64,000 bases of DNA. Origin: an uncultured Methanosarcinaceae archaeon (GTDB lineage: Archaea; Halobacteriota; Methanosarcinia; Methanosarcinales; Methanosarcinaceae). The notes beneath the pieces are model-generated. The model made no database searches. It saw only the letters and a list, made by a program, of their open reading frames with translations, and had not been told where the DNA came from. Below, piece by piece: positions 53,654-64,000 of the stretch; position 1 is the first letter of the stretch, and each line of letters begins with the position of its first letter. The DNA is taken from contig CAVXNY010000007.1 of assembly GCA_963763235.1 (NCBI GenBank), forward strand, positions 4,828 through 68,827, written 5' to 3'. Made by a program: the position numbers and the translations under genes.

Positions 53654-54019
53654 TCACTTCTTTGCTACAACTGTTATAGTTCCTTTCATAGAAGGATGAA
53701 TCGAGCATTTATAATTATAGACTCCGGGTTCGGTAAACCGGAATTCATAATTTTGTCCTTTGGGTATTATGCCAGACTTAAAAATAGACCCAACTACCGT
53801 ATGGTCGGCTGAGTCCATGTTAGTCCATCTTACGGTATCACCTGCCGATATTTTGACTGACTCTGGATTAAAAGCAAAGTTCTGAATAGCAGTATCTACA
53901 ACCTTATCGCGATTTTTGTCTTGTGCACTCGTTTCCATGGCTGTCAAAAAAACTACAAAAAAGACCGCCAGCAAAATAGTCAGTACATTTTTAATTCTAC
54001 TAGATGATTGTTTCAACAC
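53654..54019 (-). CDS. Secreted cupredoxin (plastocyanin/azurin family)
   Basis: Signal peptide; FAFNP, GDTVRWTN.D...HTV, PGVYNYKCSIHPSMKGTI (type-1 Cu ligands H, C, H, M). Confidence 0.92.
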   Translation of the reverse strand: MLKQSSSRIKNVLTILLAVFFVVFLTAMETSAQDKNRDKVVDTAIQNFAFNPESVKISAGDTVRWTNMDSADHTVVGSIFKSGIIPKGQNYEFRFTEPGVYNYKCSIHPSMKGTITVVAKK

Positions 54020-55072
54020 TTAGTCCACTCCTTTGTTGCTAAAATTAATATTTATAAGAAAGTTTTTTGATAACTATCAAATATACTTGAAATTAGTTGA
54101 TTGATATCCATTTTAGCGCAATAGAGATTTCTGGTTACTAACTAATTACACTCATCCCCTTGATTATTTTAAATTAATTATAAGAAAAATATTTCCAAAA
54201 TAAAACTTACGTTAGCATAAAATATTTTAAAATCGACCAATAATCAAATATTTATAAAATATATAATAAATTTAGAATAAAATTTCTCACTGCATGAAAT
54301 ATTCTAAAAATTGAACAACAAATTGACCATAGGTTTTATAGCAAAATCTATGCATTAAAATACCAGTTTTGTAAGCCTACTCATTGATTCTGGATTCTTT
54401 TTTGGGATGAAGAAAAAGGATGCAGAATCAATCCGATTTCACAGAATTTTCAGTGCATTGTACTAATACATTTGACAGTCCGCTAGGTTATCAGGACATA
54501 GAAATTGTCAAAAGTAGATATATCGAAGCAAAAATAGTATTTCTAGTAAACGGATATCCAACAAATGCTCATTTGCAATATAATGGATTATGGGGTATGT
54601 ATCCGAGCTTTAAACAAATTAATCATTATGGAAATCAAAGTGCATTATGAATTGATTTGAGAAATATTGTTGATGATGCACACATCAACAGCATCGAAAC
54701 CACTCCAGGAAATTGGTTATCTGTTCTGCAAAATAGTATTAGCTTTCTTACTTTATAATTTTTTTTCTTGGTATTATTTGTCTTTAAAATATGATATCTA
54801 TTTTGGGTAGAAATGCGGTGATACAGGCATTTTATAGTTATTTGAACTAAAAAATATCAAAAATCCATTTTGGTTTCACTGACTGTATGATTGCCATGAG
54901 TTAAAGGGCACAAAAAAGTAATACATTTGTTATGCAGCTATGAGATTGAATTTTTTTCTAAAGATGGTGGGTGCAGATAGTTTCAATTATTTTATTGATG
55001 AACTAATTCCCATCAGATAGAACGATCTTCGAGTTTTTCTAATTAATAATATCGTGAAAAAGAGTTCAATAT

Positions 55073-55530
55073 ATGATCAATAAACAAAAGTTGTATTCTA
55101 GAGCCTTAGTTTCAGCAGCTATGATTTTAATGCTGGTAAGTACCGCAGGTACAGAGCCATATGCATATATTTCAAACTATGGCAATCTTGGCATTGTTTC
55201 TGTAATTAACACAACAACTTAATACTGTTATACCCACTGTAAATGTAGGAAGTTATCCTTATGGATTTGCAGTCACCCCTGATGGATCAAATGTAGATGT
55301 GCCGAACTCAAAATCTACCAGTTTCGGCACCGTCTCTGTGATTGACACAACCACAAATAATGTTACAGCCACTTTGAACGTAGGAAATTGTCCTAACGTA
55401 GTTGCAGCAGCCCCTGATGGAACAAATGTATATGTGGCATACTTCTTCATTAAAAATATTTCTGTAATTGGCACAATAAACAGTACTGTTATAATAATGG
55501 TGAATATAGGCAATTATCATGTTAGCGCCG
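55073..55530 (+). pseudogene. YVTN beta-propeller surface protein pseudogene
   Basis: Signal peptide + PYAYISN...VSVINTT, frameshift ~55220, then PYGFAVTPDGS, VSVIDTTTNNVTATLNVG, PDGTNVYVA. Confidence 0.8.
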
Positions 55531-55983
55531 GGATTTTACAGGGAAATCGTGCAACTGTACAAGAATATTCTGTTCAAAGCTATCGAACCTTGGAATGAGT
55601 AGGATTCTCTTCACGCGCCGAAAGTGTAGCGCCTGCAGACCATGAGCAGGAAAACTATGATCAGGACTGGCTGCTAAAGATACCTGGTAACCTGGTCCTG
55701 GACTACAAGGATCCAGAGGTGAGGATCATCCGGACTAGTATGGTTTCGCATTACATGGAGTTTACAAGTCAGAGCTCGGTATCTGTGGGAGGATGGCGCA
55801 AAGACAGCAGTAGAAAAGGTTAATATGATGTGTAAAGTGGCGAAAAGTAAAGAGATTGTGAAGAAGTATCGATATGTGCTTTTATCATGTTACTCCGTTA
55901 ATGTAGACACAAATATATATGAGACGAAGAAAAGACGAGAAAATTAACTTTTCAAGTTTTCTCTCAGAATACGAGGTGATCAA

Positions 55984-56886
55984 TTGAAAAATTCCGGTTT
56001 TAACAACGAAGCGTCTGTCGGCGTTATCGGCTTAGGGATTATGGGAAGCTCTTTTGCTTCTAATCTTCTGTCACGAGGCTACAATGTTCATGTCTACAAC
56101 AGGACTGAGGAAAAAGCTAAACCACTAATCAAAAAGGGTGCCATTTTCCATTCTACACCAAGAGAGCTAGCCTTGGCAGCAGACATTATTATGACATCCT
56201 TGACTGATCAACATGCCATTGACATTGTAGCTTTTGGAGAAGATGGATTCCTCAATGGAGCTAATAAGGGCTGTTTATGGATTGATCTGAGTACAATAGA
56301 CCCCTCAGCATCAATCAGACATTCTGAAGTAGCAAAACAGGCAGGCTTAGAAAGACTAGACACACCAGTAGTGGGAAGTAAGGATCTGGCTTTAAAAGGA
56401 GATCTTATCGTTCTGGTTGGTGGAAGTAGTGAAGTATTTCAAAAATATGAAAAATTTCTCAACGAGATCGGGAAAACCGTAATTTACTTAGGAGCAGATG
56501 GCAACGGTCACAAAATGAAGCTTGCAATTAATCTGTATCTCGGACTTTTTGCGGAATCATTCTCTGAAGCCCTGGCCTTCTCGCAAAAATTTGGTTTCGA
56601 CGCCAAAATTTTCGTTGAAACCATTAATAAAACTCCACACAGAAACTATATTTCAGAAATTAAGGGACCAAAGATCTTAGAAGGCAATTTCGAACCAGCT
56701 TTCTCACTCAATAACCTATTCAAAGATTTGGAGCTTATAAACGAACAAATAACTAAAACTGGGGCTATATTGCCAATGACAAAGGTGGCTATCAAGGAAT
56801 ACTCTGAAGCAGTACAAAATGGTGAAGGGAAGAAGGACTTCAGCGTCATTGTGCTTGAAATTCAGCGTAAAAATGGATTAGCTTAA
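55984..56886 (+). CDS. NAD(P)-dependent beta-hydroxyacid dehydrogenase (3-hydroxyisobutyrate/GarR family)
   Basis: GVIGLGIMG, YNRT, DLSTI, DTPVVGS, GHKMKL.IN, FSL...KDL; GAGGTGA RBS with TTG. Confidence 0.92.
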   Translation: MKNSGFNNEASVGVIGLGIMGSSFASNLLSRGYNVHVYNRTEEKAKPLIKKGAIFHSTPRELALAADIIMTSLTDQHAIDIVAFGEDGFLNGANKGCLWIDLSTIDPSASIRHSEVAKQAGLERLDTPVVGSKDLALKGDLIVLVGGSSEVFQKYEKFLNEIGKTVIYLGADGNGHKMKLAINLYLGLFAESFSEALAFSQKFGFDAKIFVETINKTPHRNYISEIKGPKILEGNFEPAFSLNNLFKDLELINEQITKTGAILPMTKVAIKEYSEAVQNGEGKKDFSVIVLEIQRKNGLA

Positions 56887-56967
56887 ATCATAAGAGTCTA
56901 ATCAAACTCAGATATGAGAATGTAAAAACCAAAGAAAACCGTCACTCTACTTTAAAGTTTAGATTTT

Positions 56968-57114
56968 GTCAGGTTTCTATTAATATTAGGAAAGCCAATC
57001 GGCGAACTGATCGCCTGGTGTGGTTCTATTGTTATGAACACAAAAGATGGATTGCATATTGCTTTTGAAGAATACGACAATGGGACTTTTATAAAGCATA
57101 AAAAATTTGATTAA
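56968..57114 (+). pseudogene. Pirin C-terminal fragment
   Basis: VRFLLILGKPIGELIAWCGSIVMNTKDGLHIAFEEYDNGTFIK. Confidence 0.75.
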
Positions 57115-58072
57115 TCAAGAAATTCTTGTAGTAAAATCTCTGAATTTCCTCAGTTCCATACGAAATAAGAAAATATTGCTGATCTATGACTCATAGAGCA
57201 TATGGAACTCACAGAACATCTAAAACTAATTAATATGAGCCACAATCATAAATATAAATGTCAGAAAAAGAAATAATGGTATAGTACTCTAAGCAAAACT
57301 AAAAACATGAATAAACTGAATCAGAAACTCAGATTTTCGATACCAAGTATAACTTAATAAATTTCTAACAAACCTCTCTTTTTTACTTTCAAGAGGAAAA
57401 ATATTTAATATGTTTTGCCAAATTGTTTACATTTTTATATCTAGATAACAATGGAATAGCAATCTTTCATACCAAAAGGTTCCTGTCATGGTTCATGGTA
57501 TCAGCACTACGTGCATTTTATACGATTTAGTTAAAGTTATTACTATTTAGAGTATGTGCAAAAAATCTATAATATTCATGTTCAGCTAATATATTATGAT
57601 CTGTAAAATAACTATATTATATTTTCTAAAAATAAATATTTTAGTGTAGTTATGTATCTAAATTTAAATTTTAACCTTGTTACCTAAGATTTGTTGGGTT
57701 ATCAGCTATACTAAATAACCCATATATGTTAGTATATAATTTAAGTTGATATATCTAACCATATGTTGGGGAGTTGACTTGACGTATCCAACCCATCTGA
57801 GGACAGTTAAGCAGTTTATTTTTATAAAAACCGTCAGAAATCATGAGGAGCTTAATTCCTTTACCGAAAGTATTGACTTGAAAATCGATACCATTCTATG
57901 TTTTCCAGAGATTTACGGAATTTTGATGAAATTTCATTGTTTTTTTAAAATTGGGGAAAAAACCCAGGAAATAATAAAAGTCTCTTGACCTTTAAGCCTT
58001 AAGCTGTCCAAAAAGTGAATTTGAGCAACTTAAGTACGATATATAGATTGACTTCAAAAAAGGAGAACGAAT

Positions 58073-59222
58073 CTGACAGATAAGATCAACTTACGTTACT
58101 GACAGCCTATAGGACTACGGATTCTGAAGATATCAAAAAGGCGCAGGCAAAGAAAATTGACCAGCTCTTTAGTGACTTTGTGGGCCAAGCTCTTCAAAGC
58201 ATTCATATTGCAATCTATGATTTCCTACTTGAGGAGCCTGAAGCTCAAATATTAATTGATGCACTGAACAAAGCCGCAAAATCCGGAATAGATGTGAGAG
58301 TCGCATATTTTCAAGCAAATAAGAAACACTTATCTTCGTCAGATTCCTCGCTCCATGGTGGCTATCCGGCGCCTGTCCTGAAGAAGCATTTTTTGGGCGG
58401 TTCCACAAAAATGTTTCGTTTGAAGCGATAGTTGGAATCGAAGAGCTGCTATCAGATGTCAACTACTTGCAGATGAAGGCGGTGGTTACTTGATGCATAT
58501 CAAGTACAATATCCGTGATGGACTTGCTACTTCCGCAGCTGTGGTACTGGATCAGCCAATTTTACCACCGATACGTGGAGTATTCAGGATAACAACATTA
58601 TTACCCTGGAATCACAAGATATCGCAGGTAATTATGAAACTGACTTTGCAGAGTTGTGGGAGGCGGAAAGGATCGCTGGGACAGGCAAGAATGATTATGG
58701 AAAAACTGAAATCGACAATGTAGATGTTGATATGGATTTTGCTCCTCGTGATGGTGCATCTATGGATCTCAATATCGCCAGCCAGATCTCGGCAGCAAAA
58801 AACGAGATAACACTTGCTTCGATGGTTAATTCTTCTGGAGCCGTTTTAGGTGACCTTATTGATGTAATAGAACGTGGCGTCAAGGTATGTGGCGTTTACG
58901 ACGGGCTGGAGACGAACCAGGTTATAAAAGACTTTGAAAAAAGTACACTTGGTACTGGCCAATCCAAGATCATGCAATGGAACGTCATAAAGAATAATCT
59001 TGTTGTCAAACATTCCACGCCATATCATGAAGATGGCCCTCATGACTTCATGCACAATAAGTTGTTAGTGGTCTATCAGCAGATAGTTGTAATGAGTAAC
59101 GAAGAGCTATAATTTTTATCAGTATGCGACGCACAATGCTGAAAACATAACTACTCTGTACGATGAGACCATTGCATGCCAATACGAGCAGTATTGAGGG
59201 TCTCATTTCAAAGTACAGATAG
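58073..59222 (+). pseudogene. Phospholipase D-like (two HxK motifs) pseudogene
   Basis: IHIAIYDF..L..AAKSGIDVRV; MHIKY.IRD; ANFTTDTWSIQDNNI in a shifted frame; MHNKLLVV...SYNF...NAENI; multiple frameshifts. Confidence 0.8.
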
Positions 59223-59470
59223 GCCTAGTTATAGGCATTCTCAATGCCTTTTCCAATATCCCAGAATCAAAAATATATAAGTTAATAGAAGACTGGATCG
59301 TTTTCGGATTTTGATCTTCTCCATGCTTCCGGAGGCTGATAGCTGTGGCCCCATTGAGGGCTGGCTACTGGTCCAGGCTCAAGAAAGTTATGAACAAATA
59401 TGAAAATCCTACAGGATTCTCTAATAAAATTCAAATTAAGAAAAACTTCCTTTTTTGGGAGCTATACTAA

Positions 59471-60485
59471 ATGTTCCAAACTGAACCTATAATCTACCTC
59501 CAATCCCTTGGAAATCAATGGTTTACACATCTCATGATTCAGATAACTAATATGGGGACGACCCCGTTCTTAGTTCCCATAATAGTTGTAGCCATTTTTG
59601 GTGTTGATGTTAAAAAAGGTTTTCTTCTGTTTCAGCTATTTCTGTGGACAAACATGGTTACTGAAACTCTTAAGATATTGGTTGGATTTCCAAGGCCGGA
59701 TTTTGTGGACAATAGGGTCATTAACCTAGAATTGGGACTAAAAAATACATCTCCTTTCAGTGGGAATGTGATGAAAAGCATTTTTGCTCTTCCTGACAAA
59801 CAGATTCTTAAAGTATTTCGTCTTCAAGAAGCTTGTAAATTTGGTTTCCCTTCAGGCCATGTGTCGCTTACGACCGCACTGTGGGGAGGAATTGCCATTA
59901 TTTTCAACAACCGGATAATCAGGATATTTACTCCTTTTGTGATAGGATTAAATGGCTTTTTCAAGAGTATACCTAGGGAGACATTTCATTGGAGATGTAT
60001 TGGGTGGAGCTATTGTAGGATTAATTTCCCTAGTCTTTTTTGCGCATTTTCTCAAAAGCCCTATAAAACATGATTTTTTCAAAAAAGAAAATTTTGAATT
60101 AGTTTTCAGACGCCAAAATTTATTTTTTTACTGTTTTATTTTCATTATTCCTATCATGCTCATAGCATTGTCCCTGGTAAGTTCCAATACGGCAGGATCT
60201 TTCTTTGGAATGAATGTTGCACATCTCTTGATTGTACGAAAAGGGATACCTTCTGACACTGGAAGTACAAAACAGCGGGCTACAAGGGCATTTATAGCAC
60301 TTCTGATACTTGCTGTGTCCAAAATTATTCTAGATTGTTTGTTTGGAACAGCAGGGACGACTAATTGTCACCAATTCATGTTAATAGATTTCTTGAAAAC
60401 CTTCATTCCTGTATCTACAATCTGGGTTTCCGTAGTTATCTGTACAAAGCTTAATCTATACCAAAAAAATGAAGGAAGGTTATGA
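59471..60485 (+). pseudogene. PAP2 phosphatase family membrane protein, one frameshift ~59940
   Basis: K..VGFPRP and FPSGH in ORF1; SRVYLGRHFIGDVLGG in overlapping ORF2. Confidence 0.85.
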
Positions 60486-60641
60486 GCAATCCAGATAAAT
60501 CAGCTTCAAAGTCCAGTAAAGAATGTAAAAAAGCAACGCTGCAAATTTGTTGTAAATTCAAAGTCAAATTTTTGTTTACTGCTTGTAATTTTGTAATTAT
60601 TCTTCATCATTAATATTTAAATCCATATAAAGAGGGTTAAA

Positions 60642-62509
60642 ATGAAAAAAGGGTCATATGATGACGCAAGTGAGAGCATATCCACATAAGGGCTTTAGGC
60701 ATCACTATGCTGGTGTTTTTAATGCTGGTGATTATCGCAAGCGTGGCGCCAATTGCAGATATTCAAAATTCTGGCAGTAACAATGGATCTAATTTTAATA
60801 AATTCGATAAAGCAATAAACGCATATGACAAAGCAATTGAAGTTAACCCGCAGGGTTAACTTATTCGGTATGATCATGCATATGCTTATTCTCCCATCAA
60901 CAAAAAGGATGCTATGGAAGTCCAGATCCTGAGTATCAATGATTTCCACGGCCATCTTGAGCCGCCCAGAAGCCAGATATCTATAGGGCGCAAGATAGAC
61001 GGGTGCTTTTATATATGGCGATGTCGGAGGTGCTGAGTACCTAGCCACCCACATAAAAAAGCTCAAATCTGAGAACCCAAATACATTCGTAGTTTCGGCT
61101 GGAGACTCTATAGGCGCTACTCCACTGCTCTCAGCCTACTTCAACGATGAACCAACAAAAAGGCTCTCAATCTGATGGGATTCGAGTTTTCAGCAGTGGG
61201 TAACCATGAGCTGGATAAAGGACTAGATGAGCTTATACGCATTCAAAATGGCAGTTGCCACCCTAAAGATGGCTGCCTTGGGAACTCATCCTTTGAAGGC
61301 GCACACTTCCAGTTTCTAGCTGCGAACATAGTCAATGAGAGCACTAACGCCACAGTATTCCCTGCCTACAATGTCACCTATGTCTAGGGAGTGCCCATAG
61401 GATTTATTGGAGTGGCTCTGAGTGATACACCGGCCACAGTACGTCCTTCCGGAGTGAAAGGACTCAAGTTCCTGAATGAATCTGAGACCATTAACAAATA
61501 CGTCAGGAAGCTGCAGTGTATGGGCGTAAAAATCATAGTGGTACTCATACATGATGGAGGCTATCAGGATGGATTGTACAACGAGAGCCTGAATATGAGC
61601 GGCTCCATCTTAGATGTAGTCAAACACACCGATCGTGCAGTAGATGTATTCATCACCGTCCACACCCACCAGGCCTATAACGCCCTGATTGACGGCCGCA
61701 TAGTGACAGAAGCTTATGCACAGGGTAATATACTCACAGATATCGATCTAGTGATCAGCAGCGAGACTCATGCTGTGATCGAAAATAGTGCCCAAAACAT
61801 TATAGTGTCCAGAGATATTCCTAAAGATTCCGGAGTAGTTGAGTTGGTCAATGAATACAAATGTCTGGTTGCACCCACTGCAGACAAAGTGATCGGCAAC
61901 ATCACAGGTAATATTACAGTGGAACCTAATGATTCAGGTGAATCCGCCCTTTGCGATCTCATAGCCGATGCCCAGCTCTATAACACCTCTAACCCAAGTT
62001 ATGGCGGTGCTGTGGTAGCTTTCACAAACCCGGAAGGCATTCGCTCTAGCTTGAATTTGAGTGGTAGTAAACTGCCATGTAATGTCACGTATGGAGAGGC
62101 CTTCAGCGTCCAACCCTTTGTAAACAACCTAGTCACAATGACCTTGAGTGGCACTCAAATAGACGCCTTGTTGGAGCAACAGTTCGACAATACATCTTTT
62201 GGCAATAAAGGTGTACTACTACAGGTCTCAAAAGGCTCCGGCTATACATGGAATAAAAGCGCCCCCGTTGGCAAGAAGGTCAATATCTCCAGCATAAAGA
62301 TTAATGGTACTTCTATCGATCCGAGCAGCCTTTACCGCGTAACAGTGGACAGCTTCATGGTCGATGGAGGCAATAATTTATCTGTCCTGAAGGCCGGGGT
62401 CAATAGGACTATAGGGTCTCTAGATGATATAAATGTCACCGCCAATTACTTCACTGATTCCTCTCCGGTGGCTCCCGGACACAGTGATCGCATTACTGTG
62501 GTAAAATAA
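60642..62509 (+). pseudogene. Secreted bifunctional 5'-nucleotidase/metallophosphatase with TPR-like leader; frameshifted, in-frame TAG at 61385
   Basis: VQILSINDFHGHLE, SAGD.IGATP, GNHE.D.G, FLAAN, LIHDG, HTHQ, ESAL.DLIADAQ, QPF.N, LLEQQF; frameshifts near 60680, 60860, 61000 and 61160. Confidence 0.88.
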
Positions 62510-62533
62510 GAACATGGGGAACTATTTACTCTT

Positions 62534-62585
62534 TAGGCAGGGAGAGCTACAAGTATATTTTTTAGTCGATTACTCCCTCCCTGTC
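62534..62585 (+). terminator. Hairpin downstream of the nucleotidase gene
   Basis: AGGCAGGGAG...CTCCCTGTCT stem with an internal T-run. Confidence 0.3.
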
Positions 62586-62747
62586 TTGATGAAGCTGTTA
62601 GACAATTTCTAGCAGTAATGACTTAATCCCTTTTTTCCAATTTAAGGGTCTTAATCGCTTCTTTTTTGTCATCTTTTTATCTCAAAATTAAATTGTCGGA
62701 CAATCTGTTTAGGGTGGGATGGCTGCAAGCAATTTTATTAAGAGTCT

Positions 62748-63286
62748 TTATTTCCTATCGAAGAAAATATTCTTCCCTGTTACACTCCGAGGAATTCCAA
62801 AAACATTATCAGCATTCAACAAACCCGATATCTTTGCAGCTGCACTAATCGTGTACATCACTCTGTTGTTGATATAGAAATCTTTGACTTTTGCCACAGT
62901 TGCACCTACAGCCATTCCCAGGTCTGCATGCTTAAATATACAATTTGGGCCTTTAAACTCTGCTTCTACCTTTTGCCGGTTCAACATCTCTATACATGTT
63001 TCAAATCCACAGGCTCGGCAATAAAGACCTGCAGCACAGCTGGTTTTAATGCCTATCAGGATTGCAACTCCGGCATTTCTGAGGTTTGTAGCATCCTTTT
63101 TCAGGAAATCGAAGTCTATGCCCTTTTCATCTGCTAACTTTTCCATTGTCAGAGCAAGAACTTCAATATCATCTTTTTCAACAAAGGCAGTTACAATGCC
63201 GTTTAATCCTTTAGCTTTCTGAGCAGTCCGTGCAGCCAGAAGGATACTCTTTGCAAGTGTATCAAGGATCTCGGATTCATGATCAT
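62748..63286 (-). pseudogene. DUF2148 ferredoxin-like protein; native ATG appears out of frame
   Basis: LAARTA.KAKG, C.ACGFETC, GPNC...DLGMAVG, NRVMY, P.SVTGKNIFFDR. ATG ATC ATG AAT CCG at 63286 is out of frame with the body. Confidence 0.7.
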
Positions 63287-63360
63287 ATCCAGATAATTGA
63301 ATTTTTTGAGGCTTAAAAGTCTCACAGATTTTTGAAAGTACTGCATATTTTATGCTTTCT

Positions 63361-64000
63361 TTAAAAGTTAAAAGATTCCCCGTTTGAAGGTGCATATGCG
63401 TTTACGCCGATTTCTTCCGAAATCCACTGTGCGAAAATTTCAGTTTTTTCCCCATGCATTACAAAGACTCTGCTGGTGTCTTTTTTGCAGAAATCTTTTA
63501 CAAGTTTTTTGAGCTCACTGTCTCCGCTGTGGGCGGAAAAGTCGTACTGCTCTATTTTGGGCTTGAGTGTAAGGACATCTCCTTTTGTTTCAATAATTCT
63601 ATGCTCAAGAGCCAGCCGTCCATTTGTGCCTTCAACCTGGTAGCCGGTAAGTAGGATTTTTGATTTGGGATCTTTATAAAGTCGGCTTAGATAATAGAGA
63701 GCTGGTCCCCCGTCCAGCATCCCAGCTGTAGTGACAATAACGGAAGGCTTTTTAAGGACTAAATCCCTATGTTGGACTTTTACAGGAACCGCACGTTTGA
63801 AAGCCCGGTCAAGAAGCTCAGGATTTCTCAGGTATTCAGGATATTTTCTAAGTATTTTGTATACATCCAGGCCCATGCCGTCAACATAAGCCCTGATGTC
63901 GTGTGCGTCAAGGAGCATCAGAACCTCTTGAGTTCTACCTATTGCAAAGGCTGGGATAAGGGCCGTGCCCCCTTTCTCCAGAGTATCTTGAACTGATTCT
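63361..64000 (-). CDS. MBL-fold beta-CASP ribonuclease (aCPSF2-like), 5' end outside the window
   Basis: IPAFAIGRTQE, VTTAGMLDGGP, LTGYQVEGT.GR, FSAHS, MHGE. Confidence 0.92.
   Translation of the reverse strand, partial: ESVQDTLEKGGTALIPAFAIGRTQEVLMLLDAHDIRAYVDGMGLDVYKILRKYPEYLRNPELLDRAFKRAVPVKVQHRDLVLKKPSVIVTTAGMLDGGPALYYLSRLYKDPKSKILLTGYQVEGTNGRLALEHRIIETKGDVLTLKPKIEQYDFSAHSGDSELKKLVKDFCKKDTSRVFVMHGEKTEIFAQWISEEIGVNAYAPSNGESFNF

Overview
AT-rich methanogen DNA, most consistent with Methanosarcina. This rests on mmp11, SepCysS, an HPS-RraA fusion, a MEDS-PAS kinase, YVTN/TPR surface proteins and GGAGG/GGTGA RBSs. Intact genes: histone-deacetylase-like (5' end off window), bioB, mmp11, IorA-like TPP enzyme, long-form SepCysS, HPS-RraA, recQ, DUF1805, Trm11, two Hsp20s, thioredoxin, an ATP ligase + PolX pair, RNase-H-like exonuclease, PRC-barrel, tyrS and a beta-CASP RNase (5' end off window). 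Between them lies heavily decayed accessory DNA: about 15 pseudogenes, IS5/IS110/IS200 relics and several MITE families. No CRISPR array, rRNA or intact canonical tRNA was seen. Most interesting signals: (1) two degenerate, mutually related non-canonical tRNA-Cys(GCA, U37) elements upstream of the N-terminally extended SepCysS, one ending 13 nt before its ATG; (2) two conserved genes that seem to need ATT/ATC starts; (3) a family of small secreted His/Tyr/Trp/Cys-rich peptides, some sharing an upstream module; (4) a duplicated orphan promoter followed by an anti-SD-bearing hairpin (candidate sRNA). All identifications are by eye; repeat coordinates are approximate to a few nt.
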